64,000 nucleotides of DNA from Vicugna vicugna. Taxonomy: Eukaryota. Where the stretch lies: NCBI GenBank assembly GCA_013265495.1, contig MU058584.1, forward strand, positions 6,848,407 to 6,912,406. The letters run 5' to 3'. Shown piece after piece: positions 40,325 to 51,470 of the stretch (position 1 is its first letter; each line of letters starts with the position of its first letter). The notes beneath the pieces were generated by a model, which had not been told where the DNA came from, did no database searches, and saw nothing but the letters and a program-made list of their open reading frames with translations. The translations under genes were made by a program, and so were the position numbers.

Positions 40325-40668
40325 ATCTCTCATATGTGGAATCTAAAAAAAAAGAGGAAAAGAGGACACTAATGAACTCATCTACAAAACAGAAACAGAC
40401 TCCCATAGTAAATAATCTTATGGTTACTGGGGGAAAGGGGTTGGGAGGCATAAATGTGGGAGTTTGAGATTTGCAAATGCTAGCCACTATATATAAAAAC
40501 AGATTTTAAAAATTTTTTCTGTATACCACAGAGAACTATATTTAATATCTTACAATAATCTTTAATGAAGAAGAATATGAAAACAAATATATGTATGTAT
40601 ATGCATGACTGGGACACTGTGCTGTACACCAGAAATTGACACATTACTACTGACTGTACTTCAATAAA
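40325..40668 (+). mobile_element. L1 3' UTR fragment
   Basis: atatgtggaatctaaaaaa...aatgaactcatctacaaaacagaaacagactc...ctgactgtacttcaataaaa. Confidence 0.85.
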
Positions 40669-40669
40669 A

Positions 40670-42315
40670 TTATAGTCAGTTTACAATGTCATGTCAATTT
40701 TCAGCACAATTTTTCAGTTATATATGAACATACATACATTCATTTTCACATTCTTTTTTGCTGTGAGCTACCACAAGATCTTGTATATATTTCCCTGTGC
40801 TATACAGTATAATCTTGTTTATCTATTCTATGTATGCCTGTCAGTATCTACAAATTTCAAACTCCCTGTCTGTCCCTTCCCACCACCCTTGGCAACCACA
40901 AGTTTGTATTCTATGTCTATGAGTCTGTTTCTGTTTTGTCTTTATGTTCTTTTTTTTTTTTTAAGATTCCACATATGAGCGATCTCATATGGTATTTTTC
41001 TTTCTGTTTCTGGCTTACTTCACTTAGAATGACATTCTCTGGAGACATCCATGTTGCTGCAAATGGCATTATGTTGTCCGTTTTTATGGCTAAGTAGTGT
41101 TCCATTGTATAAATATACCACTGCTTCCTTATCCTGTCATCTGTTGATGGGCATTTAGGCTGTCTCCATGTCTTGGCTATTGTAAATAGTGCTGCTATGA
41201 ACATTGGGGTGCAGGTGTCATTTTGAAGTAGGGTTCCTTCTGGATATATGCCCAGGAGCAGGATTCCTGGGTCATATGGTAAGTCTATTCCTAGTCCTTT
41301 GAGGAATCTCCATACTGTTTTATTTTCCACAGCCACCAAATTGCATTCCCACCAGCAGTGTAGGAGGGTTCCCTTTTCTCCACAGCCTCTCTAGCATTTG
41401 TCATTTGTGGACTTCTGAATAATGGCCATTCTGGCTGGTGTGAGGTGATACCTCATTGTACTTTTGATTTGCATTTCTCTGATAATTAGTGATATTGAGC
41501 AGTTTTCATGTGCCTATTGATCATTTGTATGTCTTCCTTGGAAAATTGCTTGTTTAGGTCTTCTGCCCATTTTTGGATTGGGTTGTTTGTTTTTTTCTTA
41601 TTAAGTCATATGAGCTGCTTATATATTCTGGAGATCAAGCCTTTGTCAGTTTCATCGTTTGCAAAAATTTTCTCCCATTCTGTAGGTTGTTGTTTTGTTT
41701 TCCTTATGGTTTCCTTTGCTGCACAGAAGCTTGTAAGTTTCATTAGGTCTCATTTGTTTATTCTTGCTTTTATTTCTATTGCTTGGGTAGACTGCCTTAG
41801 GAGAACATTTTTGAGATGTATTTGTGAGATAATGTTTTGCCTATGTTTTCTTCTAGGAGGTTTATTGTATCTTGTCTTACATTTACATCTTTGATCCATT
41901 TTGAGTTTACTTTTGTGTATGGTGTAAGGGAAAAAAATTTTTAAGTCTTTCACCTCCTTAGTCAGGTTTATTCCTAAGTATTTTTTATGTGATTTTAAAA
42001 GATTTTTTTAACTTTCCTTTTCTGATATTCCATTGTTTCTGTAAAGAAATGCAACAGATTTCTGTATATTAATCTTATATCCTGCTACCTTGATGGATTT
42101 GTTTATCAACTATAGTAGTTTTTGTGTGAAATCTTTAGGGTTTTCTCTAGATAGTATCACATCATCTGCATTTAGTGACAGTTTTACCTCTTCTCTTCCA
42201 ATTTCGATTCCTTTTATTTCTTTTTTTTGTCTGATTGCTATGGCTAGGACTTCCAATACTATATTGAATAGAAGTGGTGAGAGTGGGCATCCTTGCCTTG
42301 TTCAGATTTTAGCAA
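40670..42315 (-). mobile_element. L1 (young 3' segment to ~41930, further ORF2 piece to ~42315) in FMO2 intron 5
   Basis: Minus [28 protein letters not shown]...[16 protein letters not shown]. Also ggacttccaatactatattgaatagaagtggtgagagtgggcatccttg. Confidence 0.9.
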
Positions 42316-42464
42316 GAAGGCTAGAAAGTACTTCATTTTGAGGTCAATCGTCTTTAAAACACATTACAGCAAATTCTGGAGCCATACATGTGATATATAT
42401 GTAGTGGGTTTCTCCCCAAAGGGATGATGCCCTAATGTAAACTGCACTCCTTTTTACTCACCAG

Positions 42465-42664
42465 GTGTTTATCAGCACCAGACATGGTTCCTGGATCTTG
42501 GGCCGTATCTCTGAAGATGGTTATCCTTGGGACGTGGTGTATCACACCCAGTTTAGCTCCATGCTCAGAAACGTCCTGCCACGAAAAGTTGTAAAATGGA
42601 TGACAGAACAACAGATGAATCGTTGGTTCAACCATGAAAATTATGGCCTTATTCCACAAAACAA
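42465..42664 (+). pseudogene. FMO2: FMO2 exon 6 (200 bp)
   Basis: caccag| [66 protein letters not shown] |gtagag. Confidence 0.92.
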
Positions 42665-43856
42665 GTAGAGTTATTTTGCCTTTTTATATACTAATTGGTA
42701 ATCAAGGTTTTCAGAAATGCTTCTCTATGCAAAGAGCCAAAATGCTAACATGGTTGTTCAAACTACAAACTAACAGTATGGTATCATATATGCCCTGGAT
42801 GTTGAACTCCAAATTTGTTCTGTATATCTTTTAAAAAGTAAATATTTAAGTAGATGAAGTATAAATATTATGAGCTGCTCCAGAAAGTAGAACTAGGATC
42901 ATGGGTAGAACTTCCTAATACCTAGATCTGTCCCACATTGGAAAAGACTGCTTTAAAAGATTGTTACCTTCCTTTCAGAGGGTGGAGTGGGAAACCTGAC
43001 CTAAATTCTGTATCTGTTATGCTGCTAACTCTGTACACCATAAGGGTTCTTCCTATGGGTAGCTTTTAAGAACATAATCACTGCCTATTAATCTCAAGGT
43101 TATACATCACTGATCTTATAAACACAAGCAAACAAATGGATGTTTTTCTTTAGTTGATAACAGGTTCCTTCCCTTTTAAAAAAAAAAGGAGCTTTGCAAT
43201 CTTTCAACTAATGCAATGTGGCTGCTATATTCTGAAATCTGATTCATGTGCAATGTATTCTAAGTTTTTCAAAAACTGGTTATCAAATCTACAAAAGAAA
43301 AAAAAAGGAAATTCCAGAAATACAAGCAGAATTTGCTCCATCATCCATGCTATCATATACAGAGACTCTGGATATTTAGGATCAAGAAAACTTAATTCTA
43401 TGCATTAATTTTCATACTAATCCCTTAAGAAGTTTCAAAACTAATGTGAATTTAACAAATTTTTCCTTTCTTATGATCAAATAGACATTTAGTGGAACAG
43501 CAAGATAATTGAAGGTAGATAACATAAAACAACAGTAAAAACATCAGTGGGATAATAAAAACTGGAATACTTAAGAATTGACCATATGCCCTGGCATTTT
43601 GTCTAAGCCCTTAGGGATGCCTCCTTTTTTGAAATGTCTTTTACCCACATCACCTACATGTTTTTCCACAGAGATATGTAACACGAGAATAAAGTCAGAT
43701 AGCACTGTTGGGAGGTAGGCCAGCCAATCAACTTAGAACGTTTTATGGATATTTGGCAAACCTCTTCATTCTCAAAGCCAACCCCATAAAATATTAAGAG
43801 AATTCAAGACCTCTCCTTAAGTACTCCTTCTGAGTGTTTTCTTCTGCATGTTTCAG

Positions 43857-44212
43857 ATACCTTATGAAAGAACCTGTACTAAATGATGATCTTCCAAGTC
43901 GTATACTCTATGTAGCCATCAAGGTGAAATCAAGAGTGAAAGAGCTCACAGAAACTTCTGCCATCTTTGAAGATGGCACAGTGGAGGAGGACATCAATGT
44001 CATTGTCTTTGCAACAGGATATACTGTCTCTTTTCCCTTCCTTGAAGATCATCTTGTTAAAGTAGAGAATAATAAGGTCTTGCTGTACAAATATATGTTC
44101 CCTCCTCACTTGGAGAAGTCAACCCTTGTATGCATTGGTCTCATCCAGCCCCTAGGTTCCATTTTCCCAACTGTTGAACTTCAGGCTCGTTGGATAACAA
44201 GAATTTTCAAAG
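43857..44212 (+). pseudogene. FMO2: FMO2 exon 7 (356 bp)
   Basis: tttcag| [24 protein letters not shown]...FATGY...[23 protein letters not shown] |gtaagt. Confidence 0.92.
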
Positions 44213-46544
44213 GTAAGTGAGTGGACAAGTGAGTAGCTGAGGGTTTCACACCTGGTAGATTTTACTCAAGAACAAATTTAGAAAAGGAGGTCACCAACAA
44301 GAAGGCTGCCAATTTTGGCTGCTCTCACAAAATTAACATCCTAAAAAGTTAGCAGGGAATTCACAAGATAACAAATTCAGAAATATAATAATGATAATAT
44401 ATATCTGTAATCATTCCTTTAAAATATTAGAAAATTCAGAGAATTTCAGTTGGCATGAAGTTAAGTACATATTTTCTCTTGGACTAATGCGAGAACAGTT
44501 AAGAAGGAAACCACCTATGACTCCTGGTTTTACCTACATGATGTTTATAAATTCCTCAGAATATGCACAAATCAAGAGATTGAGGGCCTACTCCATGCCT
44601 GTTTCCAAATTAGCTCTTTTTTATTTATTGTTTTTATCTTGCATATTTATTACTGAGCCAAAGCACTACTGCAGAAACCCGGACACAAAGAGAAAAATCA
44701 TTTTCCCGATTAAACACATCCAGCCATTCATATAGTAGTGGTATTTTCAGAGTGACATGGTAAGATGCAAGTGACCTCGTTTTGTTTCTTGGCCAGGAAT
44801 CTCTTGATCCCGAAAGTCTTGTGAGAAGACATGGCAAGGAGTAAATTCAACCACACATAGGATGGCAGAGAAGAGAAGAGCGTTCCAAATTTTCTCTTAA
44901 TACCTAAGTAGCTCAATCTCACAGATCCCTACAAAGCTATAAAATTATTTAAAATATTTCTATCTGAGCATTGTGTAGCACATTGCACTCCTAAAATGGC
45001 TATTAGTATGTCCCTCATCCCAGGGTTCAGTTCAGCTTAGCAGAAACTTATTGAATACTTAGCCCTGTGCTGGAACTTGGTGGGATAGAGAGAAATTTAG
45101 GCAAATCATTTCAACATAATAAAACAAATGCTTTGGTAGAGGAGTGCATGGAGTGTGTGGGTAGAAGAGAAAGGGTGCTTAGCAACACCAGAGTGGGATA
45201 AAGGGAGGGCATGTGGTCAAGGAAAATTTCCTGGATAGCTGGATTTTCCCAGGTGCAGAAAAGGGAATTGCTTGAGTCAGAGCACAGGGGGCGTAAGACA
45301 TACGAAGAATTACAAGCTATCTGACATTGCTAGAACATGAGGTGTGAGGCAGAGAAGGGTGAGAGATTATTCTTAGAGAAGAAAGGACCAGGACACAGGA
45401 ACCTTGTAAGGCATGATAAGGAGCTTGAATATAAAATGTAGATCAGCTCCTCCCAAACTTAGCTACACATAAAAACCATCTTGTAGACTCTTAGGGACCC
45501 TGATTAAGTCTGGACTGAAGACCTAGATTCTCCATTTAAGAAAGCTCTTCAGCCAGAAGACCCAGTGAAAGGTTCTAAGCAAGGACCAGACATTATCAGA
45601 TTACATTTGTGATAGGTTATTTCAGAATTAGTGTGGAAGATAGATTTGAAAAATGGAAATGATTGGAGTCTCAGAGACCAGTGAAAAGGCTACTGTGCTA
45701 AAATGTGATGCAACCTGAGACATAGTTAAGAGAAACATCAGCAGGACATAATGCTTGGCTCCACATAGAAAAATTAGAAGAAGAGAGAGGAGCCAGGGGT
45801 GACTTGCAGATCTCAGGCCATGGAAACTGGGTAGAGAGCAGTGCTGTGACTAGAGAGGGGACACACAGAAGATGCAAGTCTGAGCAGGAAGACTTCAATG
45901 ATGAGCTCAGTTTTGGACTCATTGAATCTGAAATGTCTGAAGACTAGCCAGATCCAGAGGAGCTGATCATTTTTCAACCTGTCTGAAGCTCAGAGGACAC
46001 TTGGGACAGGGAATGGAATCATAAGCACACAACGATAACCTACTTCAATCTTCTCTCTCCATCCCCACTACCCCATCTTAGCTGGCACCAGTCTCTCACC
46101 TAGTTTTCTTCAACAGCCTCTTAACTATTCTTGCTGCCTTTAAACTCCCCTTCCCGACCCCATTTTCCAAAATCCAGTGGCTAGAAGGATCTTTTCAAAA
46201 GGCAAATCTGATATGTCAGCTCCTGCAGAAAACCCTCCCACAGCTTCCCATCACCTTCAGAATGGAGCTCAAGCCACCTGGAATGGCTTCCTGACTTATC
46301 AGGCTTACCATCCCTCTCCAGCCTCTTCTCTTGCCCCATCCACCTCCTGGTGTACCCTGGTGATCCATGGGCAGTATCACGTAGAACCCAGAGGCAAGTG
46401 GCACAGCCCAGAGTTCAATCGCATAGCAGCCCTGACTTGGTATAACATAGGGAAATGGCCAGAATTTAAGTGTAGGGATCAACTACTAGATAAAGCAATG
46501 ATACTGAACCAGACCCACTACTCAAGCCAGCTTTTTTTCCCTAG

Positions 46545-46617
46545 GCTTGTGTACCTTGCTCTCAGAGAGAACTACGATGGCAGACATTATCAAGAGGAAT
46601 GGAAAAAGAATTGACCT
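46545..46617 (+). pseudogene. FMO2: FMO2 exon 8 (73 bp) with non-canonical donor ATAAGA
   Basis: ccctag| GLCTLLSERTTMADIIKRNGKRIDL |ataaga. Confidence 0.9.
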
Positions 46618-46644
46618 ATAAGAATTTGTTTTAACTCTTTACAT

Positions 46645-46828
46645 TGTAGTGTTTCTCCAAGTCTGGTGATCTGTCTCCCCAAAGAACCAACTACCTGCTT
46701 CTTTAAAATGCAAATTCCTGGGCCACAGCCCAGACCAACTGAATCAGAATCTCTGTATGGGGCTGCACATCTGCACGTTTATGTTCTTCCTAGGTGATTC
46801 TCACACACACTAGCTTAAGAACCAACTA
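46645..46828. mobile_element. MER5-like hAT element
   Basis: aaaatgcaaattcctgggcc...cagaccaactgaatcagaatctctg...aggtgattct...ttaagaacca. Confidence 0.7.
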
Positions 46829-47586
46829 CTTAAAAACAGAAATTTCACCAAATCAGAACATTTTTCCCTTGACTTAACTTTATTTCAGTTTTGTATGAAG
46901 TCCATGTTAGATTCTGTATCCTCTCACACTCTGTGGCTAAAGAGGGAATGGAATGGGGGACAATGGTGGTGGCAGTAGTCTGAGTATCTCTGAAAAGTTA
47001 GCTGGGGGAGTTGATGTGAAGTAAAGGGTCAGGGATTTATACTTTGTGATAAAGTGGAAAGGAGTTCAGTAGTGATCAAGTACCCTTGGAAAGTTGACTG
47101 AGGGGCCTCAAATCACATATAGGGGTTATCTCACGTTCAAATTCTCACTTATCTAACACATGCCAGCCAGAGTGCCAGGTACCTTAATAATTTAACAGGG
47201 AAATATTAAGCATCTCCTCCATGCAAGACACTGAGCTATGCTTCCAGCTGTAGTATCTCATGAATCTTTGCAGCAATCTTGACTAGTTTTACTTGCCTGG
47301 AGACTTGAAGCTGCTTACCAAATACCAAATAATAATCATGGTTGTAAATTCTGTCACATTCCTAGAACTTCCATGAATTCGTGTGTCTTTATTTTACAGC
47401 CTACTCTCAATCTGAGATATGGGCCTCCTGATGAGATAAACTGACACTTGACAACCAGAGATTTCATTCAAAACTCATTTATTCCGTCATTCTCCCCTTC
47501 ATTCTTTTAACAGCTATTGAATGCCTAATGTTCTTATACAACCGAGAAGCTTTTGTGAATCTGCCCCTTTTTCTTTCTTCGTTAAG

Positions 47587-47938
47587 GTTTGGAGAGAGCC
47601 AGAGCCAGATACTGCAGACCAATTACGTCGACTACTTGGATGAGCTCGCCTTAGAGATAGGTGCAAAGCCAGACCTCCTCTCTCTCTTGTTCAAAGATCC
47701 TAAGCTGGCTATGAAACTCTATTTTGGGCGCTGCAACTCCTATCAGTATCGCCTGGTTGGGCCTGGGCAGTGGAAGGGAGCCAGGAGTGCCATCTTCACC
47801 CAGAAACAACAGATACTGAAGCCTTTAAAGACACGGTCACTAAAAACTTCATCCACTTTCCTAATTTCCTTCCTGCTGAAATTCCTGGGGCTTCTCACTG
47901 TTGTGGCTGCCTTTTTTTTCCAGATTCAGTGGTTCTAA
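47587..47938 (+). pseudogene. FMO2: FMO2 exon 9 coding part (352 bp)
   Basis: gttaag| [29 protein letters not shown]...[11 protein letters not shown]...FFQIQWF, ending in TAA. Confidence 0.92.
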
Positions 47939-48574
47939 CCTGTCAGCATAATGCTTTTGACTTTATTGTCAGTCAGTACCACTTCAAGAAAAAAAAAAGA
48001 AGACTAAAAGAAAAATTATTAAATCTATATTCTGAATGTTAGAGTTGGGAGAAGCAGAGTGAGAGTTAGCAGAATTAGGTCTAGGTATAAAACCAAAATG
48101 GTGTCATGACATTTCTTTGTCATTCCACCCTTCCCTCAAGTTCACCAGAATCTCTGAAAAGGATAATAGTACACTGGCTAAATAGTACTGCCAAGCTCCG
48201 ATGTCAGAGAGTCATGTGGAAAAACAGTAGAACTACACAGGATGAAAAGCAGGCCCCATGGCTTAACTCATTGGAAAATTTAAATTGTGGGCAAATATTT
48301 AAACTCCTGCATATTGTTCCTGATAGTCTTCTAACCCGGACTCTGGTAGCACGGTTCTCAGATGTTAGGTCGTGCTCCATTTTTGCTTCATGGGGAATCA
48401 CTCAAAAATACTGGAGGAAAAAAATGGCTAGAAATTAGCCTAGAAAACAAGGGCAATGCTCAGACAGACTTTTGGGGCCTCACACTGAAAGCTGAGCAAG
48501 TAGCCATCTTTCTTATACTTGCCTTACATTTTAACAGAAACACTGCGGTAAAAATAAAAAGAAACTTGCCATAA

Positions 48575-48805
48575 CAGCTATATTTAGTGCTCATCACAAA
48601 CCAGACAATGTGCACATCGTATGTATTATTTCATTTAATTTTCATGACAATTCTGTGAGATGGGTGCTGCTGTTATATACCCATTTTACAGATGATGAAA
48701 CTGACGCTCAGAGCAGCTGGGTCACATGCCCAGGACCAGACAGCTGGTCTTGTGATGGAGCTGGGATTGGAATCCAGGTTTGCTTGACGCTAGAACTGAA
48801 GATCA
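48575..48805 (+). mobile_element. MIR SINE
   Basis: tcatttaattttcatgacaattctgtgagatggg...cccattttacagatgatgaaactgacgctcagag...gggattggaatccagg. Confidence 0.8.
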
Positions 48806-49834
48806 TAACCTTGCCCCGTAATATACTTATTTACAAAAACCTCCATTATTAAATGCTTATTAAGAGCTTATTTTATTTATAATCACATATATATTCCTTC
48901 TGGAGGAACTTTACATAGAAAACAGCACTCTTCTTGCAAATGAGATCTGATTAATATTATATAAATTATATATATATACTTTTAATATATAATTATATAA
49001 TATAAATTATATAATCCTTGGTTTCTATTTCAGCTTGATCTAAAATTCGTTCAAAGAAATTTACAATAAAAAAACACCTATGCAACATTTAGGATAATCA
49101 TTGACATCTTGGAAAAAAACCAAGCATCAAAGAGGAAAAATGTATCTCCCAAGTAGGTAAAAAGTATTGTAATGATTGGACCTTGTATTTAGCTCTAACC
49201 TTACAAATAACCAAGGTCAAAAAGCAAAACAGCGTGTACTCTTTGTCATCTGATAAAAGAAAGCATGCCGGTTTGTTAGGAGAGGCAAACATTTGCTTAG
49301 AACTAAAGTCTAAAAATGTCAAAAGCAATTCATTGTCAATAGGCATTGAGCAACATAATAGATAAACATCTGGTTATAAAACATACACTACAACTGTTCT
49401 TTCCATGAACCATGCTTTGGGAGATAAACTCTGCCATAAGCCCAGAACAAGACCTTCAAAGAGAGGGAAAAGTCCACAGATTCAAGATTTAGACAAATTT
49501 CTCTTCTTACTCCTCCAAAGCCGTTGTGGTCATTATTCTTCACTTTGGCCTAGCTTTGTCCCTCAGGTGCCTACAACCTTGTGATGGTAATCCCTGTCAG
49601 TGGAAACTCTTTAAAGTCCATTGACATGACACCGGCATTTAAATACAAGAATTGTTTTTCATTGTTCTTATAAGCAGATTCCTTTGAAAAAAAAATTGCA
49701 GAAGGTATAGGTACTTTGTTCTTGATTAAAACCTGATTACTTTGCTAATTATTAAAAATGACGTGCAAGCTATTATATTAACAATAACCACGACAATAAT
49801 CATTAATAATTTAATTTAATAAGCAAGGCTTTAT

Positions 49835-50042
49835 AGCAAAAGGAGGTAAACTACCTATTTGCCCATTTACCTATTTCTGTAAATAAAATTTTACTGGATC
49901 ACCGCCACATCTATTCATTTATTGTTTGCAGTCACTTTCAAGCTACAATGGCAGAGTTGAGTAGTTGCAACAGAACAGTATGGCTTACAAAGCCTAAAAT
50001 GTTTACTATCTGGCCCTTTACAGAAAATTTGCCAATCCCTGC
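49835..50042. mobile_element. MER58-like hAT element
   Basis: gtaaataaaattttactgga...ctacaatggcagagttgagtagttgcaacaga...tttactatctggccctttacagaaaatttgccaatccctg. Confidence 0.85.
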
Positions 50043-51049
50043 TTTGTAATGTAAAAAGCATTGTCCTAATTATTTTTTATAATTTGCCTCATTCATCATT
50101 ACCACTACCCAGTGAAATAATTATAGTTGTTATCCTATTTCTATAGTGGAAGAGATTGAGAATCATTTGTCAGATTGATGCTGAATTAGTGGGGGAGGAA
50201 GAAAATCATGCCATTAGGATGCAATTATTATTAAATTTATATCCTTGAAAATTTTAGAAAGAAAATAATCAGTATTCTGGTATCTTTTTAAAACACAAAT
50301 AGATCATGCCCAGAGTCTGAGACTGACTGAGGAAGACTCATTCAAGTCTATTCCATTGCTTCCGTACATCCTGAAACACAAAATTATCCTAGACAAACCA
50401 TCTAGGATAGTATGTTCCACCTGATGGTCCACAGAGATATTCCCTGCATCAGAATATCCAAAGGAGCATGTAGAAGTGCAGATTCCTGAATAAGAAGAAA
50501 CAATAATTCAGACCTGCTGAATGAGAATCTCTGCTGGAATCTAAAGTCTTGATAAGTTCCCCAGAGGATTCTTGTGCACATTAAATTTAGGAACCATGGG
50601 ATTGAGACCTCTTGAAAAAAAAAAGCTGCTTTCAGAGATTAGCCCATGGCTTTTTCCACTTCTCAGGGACAAATTCCTCCTTAGGTTCAGCCTTGGTGTT
50701 TCTTGCTGTACAGTGTTTCTTCCTCTTGTAAAGGATTTTAGCTAGTTACCATTTTCATGCAAAATCTCTCCCTGTGATGGTTCCCTTTTACTAACCTTTT
50801 AACTATCCTTCTCTAGATGATTGCTCCTTGATTTTCTATTTCAAAAGTGTAAAATTTGTTCTTTGCAGAAAAATATTTTTTCAAATAAAACTCTTGGACC
50901 AGGATATGTAACAAAGTTTCAAGTATTAAAATTTTAAAAACTTAACCAAGATAGAATCTAGCATTCACATGATAACCTTAGGACCAGATCATGGATCAAT
51001 GAGACTTAAAAAAAAAAAAAAAGGTTCCCGAGATTAGATTCTACTTAAT

Positions 51050-51470
51050 TCAGGTCGGATGCCAGAATGAGATTAAACTTGCAAGGCTTTTATTAAGGGA
51101 AATGACTGTATGAAGGAAAAGGAGAGTGCAGGAAAAGGCTGGACAATCCATCAGACAGCAGTGCAAACCTAGCCCTGCGTGAAGGAGAGAGAGAAGAAAG
51201 GTGGATAGAAACATTGTAGACTGTTGTGCAGTCTACAGAAGATTCCGCAGAGCCACTGGGGAGCCCTCAAGCCAGCAGAGAAGTCCTGACTCTCCTGTGA
51301 ACGATCTGCTTCAGTGTCTCTGACATGTGATCATGGGCTGGGAACAGCTCATGGGGAAAGGGGGCCTTTACACCAGCACAGCAACGTTATCTCAAGCACA
51401 GCAGCTAAAGCCCTTGGTTAATTACACTCCCTGTAGTTAGAGACCCATGAAGCACATTCTCATTGTTACC
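51050..51470. mobile_element. MLT1-like MaLR LTR
   Basis: tgcaaggcttttattaagggaaatgactgt...gaaggagagagagaagaaagg...ggggagccctcaagcc...gggctgggaacagc. Confidence 0.6.

Larger units (their letters stand above)
34282..47938 (+). pseudogene. FMO2: FMO2, probable pseudogene (exons 3-9 present, exon 2 not found, exon 8 donor mutated)
   Basis: Seven exons of canonical FMO size (189/163/143/200/356/73/352 bp) translate as FMO2. Lesions are listed under findings. Confidence 0.8.

Noticed and set aside
46177..46614. 145-aa ORF overlapping FMO2 exon 8
   Set aside because: It is in a different frame from the FMO2 peptide and runs through intronic, L2-like sequence with no recognisable domain.
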